This document shows, one piece after another, positions 45,396 to 55,468 of a stretch of DNA of 64,000 nucleotides. Both the position numbers and the translations under genes were made by a program. This DNA is from a virus. The DNA lies in the IMG/VR virus record IMGVR_UViG_3300020474_000005, positions 1 through 64,000 of that record; one strand, given 5' to 3'. The notes under the pieces are model-generated. The model searched no databases and had not been told where the DNA came from. It saw only the letters and a program-made list of their open reading frames with translations. Position 1 is the first letter of the stretch, and each line of letters begins with the position of its first letter.

Positions 45396-47252
45396 ATGGC
45401 AGTAGTAAAAAGACCTTTCATAAGTGAAAATGGTTTTCAAAGTACAGGATTCGCAGTTGATACGGCAGGTAACGTAACTGTCCGTACAATTACTAACACA
45501 TATACTCCACCTGCTCCGGCAGTGGTTCCAGATTTTAATGTAGAGGAAACATCAGGTGCTTTTACATGGAAAAAAGACGGTACAGCAGTTGCAGGAAACA
45601 ATCCAACAATTACTATAGAACGTGGTAAAACATATTCTATAAATTTAACTTTAAACAGTTTAGCATTTAACATTTACAAAGCAGATACAGGTAACAGTGC
45701 TGTTCCAGGATTACTTTACAGCACAGGATTATCACACACAAACATTGTAACTGGTTCGACATTAGTTACAGGAAGTAAAAATTTCTCACAAACTTGGCAA
45801 CAAGCAACTACTGGAGCAAATAGAACTGCACAATATTTTGTGCCTGACACAACAGGAACGTCATATGCAACTAAAAAATTACCAGTTGTAATTGCTTTAC
45901 ATGATTCAGGTAGCACTAGTGCAACAGGATTAGCGTCAATAAATTACATTACAAATTCAGTGTTAATTGCGCCTCAAGGTTACAATAACACATGGAACGT
46001 AGGATATCAATCTAGTAAAGCAGATGATATAGCATTGTTAGATTCAATTATTGCTGACTTGGCAAATTATGATAACGTTGATACAAGAGAAATTACAATA
46101 ATAGGTTATGGAAACGGTGCTCAGTTGGCTCTACAATATTCTAATTACAATCAATCTGCAACAATAAAAAATATAATTTGTTACAATGGTCTTCTACACA
46201 TGGACCAATACAATTCTACTTTAGGAAAATTTTACAATTATTCTTTAAATTCTGTAGACAACGATACATCAACTGAAATTAGTTGGAGTGAACTTACACC
46301 AATAGGACAAAGACAAGTATTAATGTTCAATGGTGAACAAGAACTTAATTTTTTATTCAACGGCGGAACTTACTTAGGTCAAAGTTTATACAGCGGTGTA
46401 GATAGTATTCATGGAATGGCTGTTGCAAACGCTTACAGTGGAACAAAAATTACATCAGCAACTTTACAACCAAATGGAAGTAATCTATACGATTACACAT
46501 CAGTTAAAATGTACTCATTTCCAACTGTGGCTAACAATTTTTCTGGTGTACAGAATGATATTAGAACATTAATTACAACACAAATTACTCCTTCAACATA
46601 TTTGGATATTCCTACATCTACGACTTTGACAGATGCGGCGGCGCAAGGTCAACAAACAGGAAATTTAAGTTACACAGTTCCAGTAGATGCTCCGGACAGT
46701 ATGTTTTATGGTGACAGTGATGGAAATCCGTTCGGAACGGTTACAGTTACACAACCATCAGTAATTGGTGTTGGTGTATTCAGCAGTATTTTAAACACAG
46801 GAAATTTATTACAGAATGGTGTTAATGCAAATATAGAAATGAAACCAACTGGAACAGGATTGATCACCATTAATCCTGAGACTACAGGTAGCATTAATAA
46901 CATGAATGTTAATACAGCACAATTAACAACATCAGGAAACGTAAATTTAACACCAAATGCAGATGTTACAATAAGTCCACAAGCAAGTGGTAACCTTACA
47001 ATTAGTCCTCTTTCAGTAGGCTCATTAGATAACGTCACAGTGGGCGGAACAACACCAAGAAATGGAACCTTTTCAAGTTTGGTTTCGAGTGCAGGAACGT
47101 TAAATAGTACTACAATAGGATTAACAACTGCGGCGCAGGCGGCATTTACATCGGCTACTGTAACAAGTGGGCCGGCAACGGCTAATAGTTTAACTAGAAA
47201 GTCGTATGTAGATAACACGGCGACAGTATTAAGTATTGCCTTAGGAGCATAG
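45396..47252 (+). CDS. Virion fibre protein with an inserted degenerate alpha/beta-hydrolase (PHB-depolymerase/LpqC-like) domain
   Basis: LPVVIALHDSG, LIAPQG.NNTWN, DDIALLDSII..L, VD.REI.IIGYGNGA; fibre motifs GSLDNVTVGGTTP..GTF and TRKSYVD...LSIALG. Confidence 0.7.
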   Translation: MAVVKRPFISENGFQSTGFAVDTAGNVTVRTITNTYTPPAPAVVPDFNVEETSGAFTWKKDGTAVAGNNPTITIERGKTYSINLTLNSLAFNIYKADTGNSAVPGLLYSTGLSHTNIVTGSTLVTGSKNFSQTWQQATTGANRTAQYFVPDTTGTSYATKKLPVVIALHDSGSTSATGLASINYITNSVLIAPQGYNNTWNVGYQSSKADDIALLDSIIADLANYDNVDTREITIIGYGNGAQLALQYSNYNQSATIKNIICYNGLLHMDQYNSTLGKFYNYSLNSVDNDTSTEISWSELTPIGQRQVLMFNGEQELNFLFNGGTYLGQSLYSGVDSIHGMAVANAYSGTKITSATLQPNGSNLYDYTSVKMYSFPTVANNFSGVQNDIRTLITTQITPSTYLDIPTSTTLTDAAAQGQQTGNLSYTVPVDAPDSMFYGDSDGNPFGTVTVTQPSVIGVGVFSSILNTGNLLQNGVNANIEMKPTGTGLITINPETTGSINNMNVNTAQLTTSGNVNLTPNADVTISPQASGNLTISPLSVGSLDNVTVGGTTPRNGTFSSLVSSAGTLNSTTIGLTTAAQAAFTSATVTSGPATANSLTRKSYVDNTATVLSIALGA

Positions 47253-47259
47253 AAAAAGA

Positions 47260-50200
47260 ATGGCTAAAAAACGAATAAACGACTATAAATTTATACCAGG
47301 TATACCTTCAACAGGTAATCTTTATCCTAATGCTTGGGCACAACTAAATGCCAACTTTGAATTTTTAAAAGATGAAGCAACGGCTTTTATTGCTTCAAGA
47401 GTAACAACAGACACAGCATACAATCCCTACCCAAATGCATCAGCAAGAATAGTAAACAACTTAAATTACATCAAGGCGGAAGTTGCCAAGTATGTTGAAA
47501 ACCAAGTTGCAGGAAACGTGGCTCCATTTGCAGGTTACACAGGTTTATCAGCGAACATCAAAGCAGACGTTGAGAAAGTTGTTAATGCGGCATACAAAGA
47601 CACAAGATATGGTGGTAACGAAAGAATGCGAACACAATCCAACACATACTATATCGATGGTGTACTACAATTAGGAGACCAAGGTAATCCTGAAATACAA
47701 TATTTGACTTACGCAAGAACTTTGATCGACAGTTACATCTTACCAGGTGTTGCTAACTCTACAATAAACACAGAAGGAATATCACAAAACACTTCAGGTT
47801 CTAATGGAGAAGCGGCTGGTAGAACATTGATGAAGTCAAACATGGATGTAATAATTAATGCGATTGACAATGGAATACTTACTTTACCAGCAGAAGTGAT
47901 TTCAAGTTATCCATTTGCAGATTACACATATGACTCTTACCTTTGTGAAAGAGATATGGGTTACAATCTAACTGGTATATTAAAAGATTTAAGATATGGT
48001 GGAAATGAACAATCAAGATACAACGCAGGAACTTACTGGAACGGTGAAGTATCTGTTTTAACAGGAAATAGACAACCAGAAATACAAACAAAAAATGAAA
48101 TAAAAAGCATTATCAACAATTACATTTTTCCTGGTACAGCATTTTCAAGCAGACAGAGTCCTGTTGTTACACAACAAACAATTTTAGGTTCAGCAGGTGA
48201 ATCTGCGGCAAGTACAAGAGTTACGAGTTTATTCGGAATAATCACAGACGTGATACAAAATGGTTTAGACAACTTACCTGCACAGGTATCAAACGGAATA
48301 TCTAGTGTAAAAATTCCTGAAAGAGTTGAATTAGCAGAATTATTATTGATCACGAACACTACAGACAACACAGTATTATACACATTCAACGACGCGACAC
48401 AAGGTGCAACAGTAAGTTACAAAAGAGAATACGAAACAGGAACATCTAACACAACAGCATTTGTTGATCCAGATTTTCCTAAGGCATATCACGGAAATGA
48501 TGTAATCACTACAATATTTTTAAATGCTGATACATCAGCAGATGCCTCAACAGATGAAATACAAATATTTGTTGAAGATGATGAAGTAAGAACACGTCCA
48601 CATGACTTTGGAACAGATGCGATTGAAAGACTTAGAGTTGCACAACCAGAATCAATGCTTGACGCTGACTTTGAATACGGACTTCAGCCTACGAAGTGGC
48701 AAGCGATTGCAACACAAAGAGGTTATCCATCAATTTATGAAGTACCAGGTACAGACTTTGATATAGCAACTGTAACTTCTGATGCTTCTGCGGGAACACA
48801 AGGTATTGGTTCATCTTTAATCACTGTGACAACAGTAGGTCCACACAACTTTGAAGCAGGACAACCGTTTACAATTACAGGATTTAACAACGCAGTATCA
48901 GGTTCAAGTAGAGCGGCGGGTTCATTTGTTGTAAACACTATTGTAAGTAACACACAATTTACATACTACGCAAAAGCAAAAGTTGCCGTTGCAAACCCAA
49001 CAACGATTTCTACAACTAACACACAGTTAAGAGAAGGTGACTTCTACACAGGAGCGGCGATTGGATTTCCTTCGTTCAGTGTTGCAAGTAATGGTTCTTC
49101 AGGAACTTTCACAACAACAATAAGTGCTTTAAGTGGTGCGAGTATTTTACCATACACAGGTACAACGCCACCAATTGGTGCACCTTTATCAGGAACAGGT
49201 ATACAAACAGGTACACAGGTAACTGGTGCTAACGGATCCGGTGGTTCATTAGCATCTCCAAACGTTACAGGAGACTTTTTATCAGGTGTTACAGAAATTA
49301 CTGTGGCAAGTTCAGCAGGTATTGTGCAAAACTCAGTAATTGATAGAGGAGATGGTTACGCAGTTGCAATCACAAACATCGCTGGAAATAACTTAACATT
49401 ATCAGGACCTCTTACACAAAATTTAATTGGTGACATTACACAATACACAGGACTAGCAGGTGTAAATTATAACCCAGCGGGACAATTAGCAACATTTGAT
49501 ATCACTAGAAATGGTGGAAACTACTCCGTTGTTATTGCGGGATCAGGTCAAGACTACACAGTAGGTGATGCGATAGTTGTAGCAGGAACAACTCTAGGTG
49601 GTTCTACTCCAGCCAATGACGCAACAGTATTAGTAGAAAGTGTAGACACAGGAGGAGAAATCCTTACAGCAACTATTTCAGGATCTGCATTCACTGGTTC
49701 AGGAAGCACAACAGGTACACCAGCAGTATTCCAAGGTGGATTAGGACAAGGTGCACAACTCAATGTAACAAAAACAAACCAATCTTACACAGTTGCATTA
49801 AATTCACCAACTTACACAGGCACAGCAGTAGGAACTTTCCCAGGAGCGGCAGGTTCAAGTGCAACATTTGATGTTGTTGCAACAGCAGGATCTTATTCTG
49901 CAAGTGTAAACGGAGCAGGTACAGGATACATTGTCAATGATGTAATTAGAATTGACGGTTCAACATTTGGTGGTACAAGTGCCAACCATGCAAACATCAG
50001 AGTAACAGCAGTAACAGGTGGTGGAGCAATTCAAACACTTTCAGTATTAGGTACAGCACCAGCACAGACAGTAACTTATAACACAGTTGCATTTACAGGT
50101 GGTAACGGTTCGTCAGCGGCATTTAACATTACGAGAACAGGTACAACTTATTCAGCGGCAATTACAAATTTAGGTTCTAACTATCAACAGAATGATATTT

Positions 50201-53200
50201 TAACTTTCGTTGGAACAAATCTAGGTGGTGCTACAACTGCCAATGATGCGGCATTAGAAGTAACAGCAGTTGATGGCAATGGTGGAATTTTAACTTTCAA
50301 CGTTACAGGTACAGCGGTTGATACAAAATCTTACACAGCAATATCAAGCGGTACAAACTTATCAGGTGTTGACGCAACATTTGATGTTGCAATTTCTGGA
50401 ACATCTTATTCAGTATCAGTAAACCAAGCAGGTAGCGATTACAGTGTAGGACAAGATTTAAAAATATTAGGAACTTCTTTAGGTGGTACAACACCAGCAA
50501 ACGATTTAACAATAACAGTAGCATCAATCACAGGTTCTACTGGTGCAGGCCCTATCAACACAATTTCAACATCAGGCACAGCGGCACTAGAAGGAACAAA
50601 TGGTTACAAAGTAGGTGATCGATTCTTAGTAGGCGGCGGTGACGTAGGTGGAGTGGCAACAACCAATGATGCTTATGTGGCTGTAAGTGGTGTAAACGGT
50701 ACAGGTGGTATCACAGGTGTAACAATCAGTGGTACGGCAACAGATGCCAATGTAGATTATACAAGTCCAGCATACACAACATCCGCTTCGGGTACTGGTG
50801 CAGTGTTTGATATAAACAGAACAGGCACAACTTATACAGCAACATTCAGCAACAATGGTAGTTCATTTGTAGGTGCAGAAACAATAGATATTGCGGGTAC
50901 GGCATTAGGTGGAACAAGTCCAGCAAATGATTGTCAAATTACTGTTGACACAGTTTCAGCAGGTGCGGTAGCAACATTCACAGTAACTGGTACGGCTGTA
51001 AACACACAGGTTTACAACAATGTTAACAAAGCAGGTATAACAGGAACAGGTTTAAGTGTTAACGTAACACTGAACAGTGGTTCTTACAACGTTGCACTTA
51101 ACAATCCAGGTGCAAACTACGCCGTTGATCAAACATTTAAAATTGCAGGAACAGATTTATTTGGTACATCACCAACAAACGATTTAACTTTTACAATCAC
51201 AGCGGTAAACAATATTCCAAGTGGTGTTGTAACAACAATAGGCAGTGTGGCAGGAACGGCAAACACAGGTACTGGTAACTCTTTAGGAGTAAGTGGTACA
51301 AACAGAACTCCATCAGGAGTTGGTGCTCAGTTCAGTGCTACAAGATCCAACCAGACTGACTCTTCAACAGCATACACAGAAGTTACAATAACAAGTTTAG
51401 GTTCGAACTATGCAATAGGTGACAAACTTGTGATAGCAGGTACTAGTTTAGGTGGACAAACTCCGGCAAATGATATCACGTTAAGAGTTCAAAGTGTAAA
51501 CACAACTGGCGGAATATTGACACAAACACACAGCGGTACAGCAGTGGCTGGTACAGGATTAAGTGTGTATGGTTCGATATCTATATCAGAAACAATTTCA
51601 CAAAACATCGCACAGAACAGCACAATAAGTTACAGTGCGTTAGCAACTATACAGGTAGACTTTACTACTCCTCACGGACTAGTTCCAGGAAACGCATTCT
51701 TGATTGTGATACAATCAGATGACGGTGCCAATAATCACATACTTGCATCAGGTCCATTCCTAGCAACGGCAATTCCATCCTCAACAAGATTACAATATCA
51801 AGTTAGATCTCCGGGTGCAATAACAGATTCAGGTTGGCAAGGTTTTGTATATGCAAGACCAGATTCATTCTTTATACATAGACCATTTGATGGAGGTGTA
51901 CAATTAGGTACAGGTGGTCCATCACACGGTGCACAGGCGATACGTCAATCTAAAAAATACATTAGATATCAATCAGGTAAGGGTTGTATGTATACGACGG
52001 GTGCCTTGTTTGCTCCAAGTTATGACCTATTGACTGTGACAGCAGACGGATTAGCACAGGGATCAACAATCACAGTAACGACTGATGATGTTGACCACAA
52101 TTTACAGGTAGGTGCTAGAATAAGATTGATTGGTATTGCCACATCGGGTTATGATGGCACATACACTATCGCAAGTATTGTAAATGAAAGAACATTTACA
52201 GTATTGGCAACTATCGCACTTGGCGGAACGACAGCAGAATTTACAGATCAACCACAGGTATCATTGTATCAATGGAATGGTGCAACTGTAAGATCAGGAA
52301 TATTTGATGACCAAAACGGAATTTATTGGGAATATGATGGACAAACAACAAACGCAGTACAAAGAACAGCAACAAGACAACTTGCAGGTGTAGTAACTGT
52401 TACACCTAACAGTAACACTGTATCAGGAACTGGTACAAGATTTAGAGAACAAGTTAAAGCAGGTGACAGAATAGTAATCAGAGGTATGACACACGTTATA
52501 TCATCTGTTGCTTCTAATACATCAATGTTTGTTACTCCAGATTATAGAGGTGTCAACACTTCAACTGGTGTAAAAGTTTGTGCTGTTGTAGACAAAAAAG
52601 CAAAACAATCAGAATTTAATAGAGATAAAATGGACGGTAATAGCAAGAGCGGTTACAATTGGGACGTATCTAAGATGCAGATGATCGGGATACAATTTTC
52701 ATGGTACGGGGCTGGATTTATTGACTGGATGGCAAGAGGTCAAAAGGGTGACTTTATATTTGCTCACAGAATGAGAAATTCAAACATTAACACAGAAGCA
52801 TTTATGAGAACAGGTAACCAACCTGTACGTTACGAAGTAACCAACGAAGGTCCAAACGGTAGATTAGAATTAGATATGACAACTGTACAAACAACTGTAC
52901 AATTAGTTGATGCAAGTTTCTTTCCGTCAACAGGTGGAACAATTTTCATAGACAATGAAATTATCACTTACACAGGTAAGACAGGTGACGTATTGACTGG
53001 TGCCACAAGAGCGGCAACACTTACAAACTTTAACGCAGGTGCTACAAGAAACTATACAGCCGGCGCGGCAACAACACACTTTAGAAACACAGGAGTTGTG
53101 TTAATATCTAACACAGCATCACCGATCATATCACACTGGGGATCAGCATATCTAACAGATGGTAACTTCGATGAAGATAGAGGATATCTATTCAGTTACG

Positions 53201-54270
53201 CTTCCACAGGATTAGCACTTACAACTACAAAACAAACAGTGTTCCTATTAAGACTAGCACCGTCAGTATCCAACGCATTGACAGGTGACCTAGGAGATAG
53301 AGATCTACTTAACAGAGCCCAGTTGCTACTAGACGGTGTTGAGATTACAACTGACGTTCCAGCGGCGGGTGTAAACGGACAGTTGGTTGTACAGGGTGTA
53401 TTGAATCCACAAAACTATCCAATTGATCCAGCAGATATAGGTTGGGGTGACTTGAAAGGTCCAGCACAAGGTGGACAGCCAAGTTTTGCCCAGATTGCGG
53501 CAGGTGGTTCGGTTAACTGGAACGGTGGTGCATCGCAAACAACAGCGACAGCAAATACACAGGCACAGATGACTGCAACAGCAAACCACTGGTTCAACTT
53601 GAGTGGTAACAGAAACTATGCATACTTCCTTGAAGCACAATGGGAAGGCAAAGGTTTAAGAGTAGGTATGGCAGTATCTTCCGGACAGTTCCCTTCAGGT
53701 ACAGTTGTTACACAGATTATTGACTACAACTCATACTACTTTGTAAGATTCAGTAATAGACACACAGGAATAAGTTCAAATCAAGCAGTGACATTTACAC
53801 TTGGTGGTGATCTATCCGGTACTAACTTCTTGTACATGGATCAAACAACGTGGGAGGCTTCTAACGCAGTTAGCGGTACAGAAGTTGATGTAAGTTACGC
53901 TACTTTCCCACCAGGTACAACAGTGGCATCAGTTGACTCATTAGATACATTTGGAACAACTGACTTCTACAGAGTTACGTTCACACAGACGTCGACGGGT
54001 AATATTGCGGCGGGTGATGCAATTACATTTACATTTGGACAACCACCATATGCACAACCGGGTGAAACAATCTTTTCATTCATTGGGGTACCGGGTGAAA
54101 GAGCAACATTGGCTCTTAGCGCCATTAAAGCCTTAACTAACACAACACTAGGTGGACGTGGTACGTTCCCTAATGGTCCAGACGTGTTGGCTATCAACGT
54201 ATTTAGAACAGCGGGAACGGGTTCTGTTGCAGGAACAGTTACACTGCGTTGGTCAGAAGCACAGGCTTAA
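47260..54270 (+). CDS. Giant tail-fibre protein (2336 aa): N-terminal phycobiliprotein-like helical domains and eight internal beta repeats
   Basis: LCERDMGYNL..I.KDLRYGGN; DADFEYGLQPTKW; RQSKKYIRYQSGKG; FSWYGAG; Thr/Gly/Ser-rich. Confidence 0.8.
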   Translation: MAKKRINDYKFIPGIPSTGNLYPNAWAQLNANFEFLKDEATAFIASRVTTDTAYNPYPNASARIVNNLNYIKAEVAKYVENQVAGNVAPFAGYTGLSANIKADVEKVVNAAYKDTRYGGNERMRTQSNTYYIDGVLQLGDQGNPEIQYLTYARTLIDSYILPGVANSTINTEGISQNTSGSNGEAAGRTLMKSNMDVIINAIDNGILTLPAEVISSYPFADYTYDSYLCERDMGYNLTGILKDLRYGGNEQSRYNAGTYWNGEVSVLTGNRQPEIQTKNEIKSIINNYIFPGTAFSSRQSPVVTQQTILGSAGESAASTRVTSLFGIITDVIQNGLDNLPAQVSNGISSVKIPERVELAELLLITNTTDNTVLYTFNDATQGATVSYKREYETGTSNTTAFVDPDFPKAYHGNDVITTIFLNADTSADASTDEIQIFVEDDEVRTRPHDFGTDAIERLRVAQPESMLDADFEYGLQPTKWQAIATQRGYPSIYEVPGTDFDIATVTSDASAGTQGIGSSLITVTTVGPHNFEAGQPFTITGFNNAVSGSSRAAGSFVVNTIVSNTQFTYYAKAKVAVANPTTISTTNTQLREGDFYTGAAIGFPSFSVASNGSSGTFTTTISALSGASILPYTGTTPPIGAPLSGTGIQTGTQVTGANGSGGSLASPNVTGDFLSGVTEITVASSAGIVQNSVIDRGDGYAVAITNIAGNNLTLSGPLTQNLIGDITQYTGLAGVNYNPAGQLATFDITRNGGNYSVVIAGSGQDYTVGDAIVVAGTTLGGSTPANDATVLVESVDTGGEILTATISGSAFTGSGSTTGTPAVFQGGLGQGAQLNVTKTNQSYTVALNSPTYTGTAVGTFPGAAGSSATFDVVATAGSYSASVNGAGTGYIVNDVIRIDGSTFGGTSANHANIRVTAVTGGGAIQTLSVLGTAPAQTVTYNTVAFTGGNGSSAAFNITRTGTTYSAAITNLGSNYQQNDILTFVGTNLGGATTANDAALEVTAVDGNGGILTFNVTGTAVDTKSYTAISSGTNLSGVDATFDVAISGTSYSVSVNQAGSDYSVGQDLKILGTSLGGTTPANDLTITVASITGSTGAGPINTISTSGTAALEGTNGYKVGDRFLVGGGDVGGVATTNDAYVAVSGVNGTGGITGVTISGTATDANVDYTSPAYTTSASGTGAVFDINRTGTTYTATFSNNGSSFVGAETIDIAGTALGGTSPANDCQITVDTVSAGAVATFTVTGTAVNTQVYNNVNKAGITGTGLSVNVTLNSGSYNVALNNPGANYAVDQTFKIAGTDLFGTSPTNDLTFTITAVNNIPSGVVTTIGSVAGTANTGTGNSLGVSGTNRTPSGVGAQFSATRSNQTDSSTAYTEVTITSLGSNYAIGDKLVIAGTSLGGQTPANDITLRVQSVNTTGGILTQTHSGTAVAGTGLSVYGSISISETISQNIAQNSTISYSALATIQVDFTTPHGLVPGNAFLIVIQSDDGANNHILASGPFLATAIPSSTRLQYQVRSPGAITDSGWQGFVYARPDSFFIHRPFDGGVQLGTGGPSHGAQAIRQSKKYIRYQSGKGCMYTTGALFAPSYDLLTVTADGLAQGSTITVTTDDVDHNLQVGARIRLIGIATSGYDGTYTIASIVNERTFTVLATIALGGTTAEFTDQPQVSLYQWNGATVRSGIFDDQNGIYWEYDGQTTNAVQRTATRQLAGVVTVTPNSNTVSGTGTRFREQVKAGDRIVIRGMTHVISSVASNTSMFVTPDYRGVNTSTGVKVCAVVDKKAKQSEFNRDKMDGNSKSGYNWDVSKMQMIGIQFSWYGAGFIDWMARGQKGDFIFAHRMRNSNINTEAFMRTGNQPVRYEVTNEGPNGRLELDMTTVQTTVQLVDASFFPSTGGTIFIDNEIITYTGKTGDVLTGATRAATLTNFNAGATRNYTAGAATTHFRNTGVVLISNTASPIISHWGSAYLTDGNFDEDRGYLFSYASTGLALTTTKQTVFLLRLAPSVSNALTGDLGDRDLLNRAQLLLDGVEITTDVPAAGVNGQLVVQGVLNPQNYPIDPADIGWGDLKGPAQGGQPSFAQIAAGGSVNWNGGASQTTATANTQAQMTATANHWFNLSGNRNYAYFLEAQWEGKGLRVGMAVSSGQFPSGTVVTQIIDYNSYYFVRFSNRHTGISSNQAVTFTLGGDLSGTNFLYMDQTTWEASNAVSGTEVDVSYATFPPGTTVASVDSLDTFGTTDFYRVTFTQTSTGNIAAGDAITFTFGQPPYAQPGETIFSFIGVPGERATLALSAIKALTNTTLGGRGTFPNGPDVLAINVFRTAGTGSVAGTVTLRWSEAQA
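49480..51550 (+). repeat. Eight ~80-aa degenerate protein repeats within the giant fibre
   Basis: Cores LGGSTPAND, FGGTSANH, LGGATTAND, LGGTTPAND, VGGVATTND, LGGTSPAND, LFGTSPTND, LGGQTPAND; boundaries approximate. Confidence 0.75.
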
Positions 54271-54660
54271 TTATTTTTCTTCAGTAACGGTAGTTTGTTG
54301 ATTATCGCCTTTAATTATGCGATAATTGTCATTGGGATCATCAGCAGTACTAACTTCAGTAATACTTCCATTGTCAGTAAGACATTGTACTTGATGAGGT
54401 AGGAACGGCGGATTACGCCATGTGTCGCCTTCATTTAATTCTTTGGTATATAATGTTGCATCTTTGGTATCTATCCAACTTAATAAAAATTTACCGTTGT
54501 TTATAAACCATGATTCATCTTTTACAGCGTGATAGTGCATTGAAAATTTTGCACCTTTTCTATTGAAAACCATTATTTTTCCACAATATAAATCATTGGA
54601 AGCAAAGATTAATTCATATCCCCAACCTTTGTCTATTTTTCCTTCTTTATTAATTGACAT
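54271..54660 (-). CDS. Cupin (sugar isomerase-like)
   Basis: KGWGYE, YCGK, FSMHYHAVKDESW, P...PHQ, EVST.D...DNYRI. Confidence 0.75.
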   Translation of the reverse strand: MSINKEGKIDKGWGYELIFASNDLYCGKIMVFNRKGAKFSMHYHAVKDESWFINNGKFLLSWIDTKDATLYTKELNEGDTWRNPPFLPHQVQCLTDNGSITEVSTADDPNDNYRIIKGDNQQTTVTEEK

Positions 54661-55468
54661 TTAAGAATTCCTCCACTGTTCTAAATTTGTGTTCTATATT
54701 TTTATTTAATTCTGTTAAATCTGCACTGGTGTAGGTCTGATATTGACCTTGTAATTTTGCAGGCATGGGTATTGTTTCTATTTGTGCGTCATATTTTTTG
54801 GCAACAAGTTCTGCAACTTTTTGAAAAGATATTGGTGCTCCTGTGCCAACATTGAATATACCAGAAACATCAGCATTAAGCATTTTTCCATGTACCTCAC
54901 AGACATCATCTACACTAACAAAATCACGTAGATACTTGTCACTGTTTTCAAACAATTTTATTTTGCCAGTCTTTGCTTGATTGGCAAATTTAGTTACAGG
55001 AGATGCTTGATCGCCTTTCTTTTCTTCGTTGTGTCCATACACATTAAAATATCTAAATCCTTGTACAAGCACTTTAAATTCTCCCATTACAGAATTAACA
55101 AATCTATCAAATAGGTATTTGCTCCAAGCATAAGCATTTAATGGATACACGTCACCATCTTCCTTGAAATTTCCTGTGTTCCCATACACACTTGCGGAAC
55201 TGGCATACTGAAAATTTGTACCCATGTTGTCGCACATTTCCAAAAGTTTCATGCTGTATTCTAAATTCGTTTTCATGATTTTATCAACGTCTCTTTCAGT
55301 TGTGCTTGTGATTGCTCCTAGATGTATGATCCAATCATACAAAGACGGATCCGGAAAATGATTATAATCTTCCCATCTAAAGCCGATGACTTCATGCCCT
55401 TGTTTTGTAAGATGCATTCCTAAATGATCTCCGATAAATCCTTTGTAACCTGTTAAGCAAATTTTCAT
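54650..55468 (-). CDS. hldD: ADP-L-glycero-D-manno-heptose 6-epimerase
   Basis: TGYKGFIG, HLGAITSTTE, YASSASVYG, PLNAYAWSK, GFRYFNVYG.NE..KG..AS, RDFVSVDDV, GIFNVGTG, YQTYTSAD. Confidence 0.88.
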   Translation of the reverse strand: MKICLTGYKGFIGDHLGMHLTKQGHEVIGFRWEDYNHFPDPSLYDWIIHLGAITSTTERDVDKIMKTNLEYSMKLLEMCDNMGTNFQYASSASVYGNTGNFKEDGDVYPLNAYAWSKYLFDRFVNSVMGEFKVLVQGFRYFNVYGHNEEKKGDQASPVTKFANQAKTGKIKLFENSDKYLRDFVSVDDVCEVHGKMLNADVSGIFNVGTGAPISFQKVAELVAKKYDAQIETIPMPAKLQGQYQTYTSADLTELNKNIEHKFRTVEEFLNVN

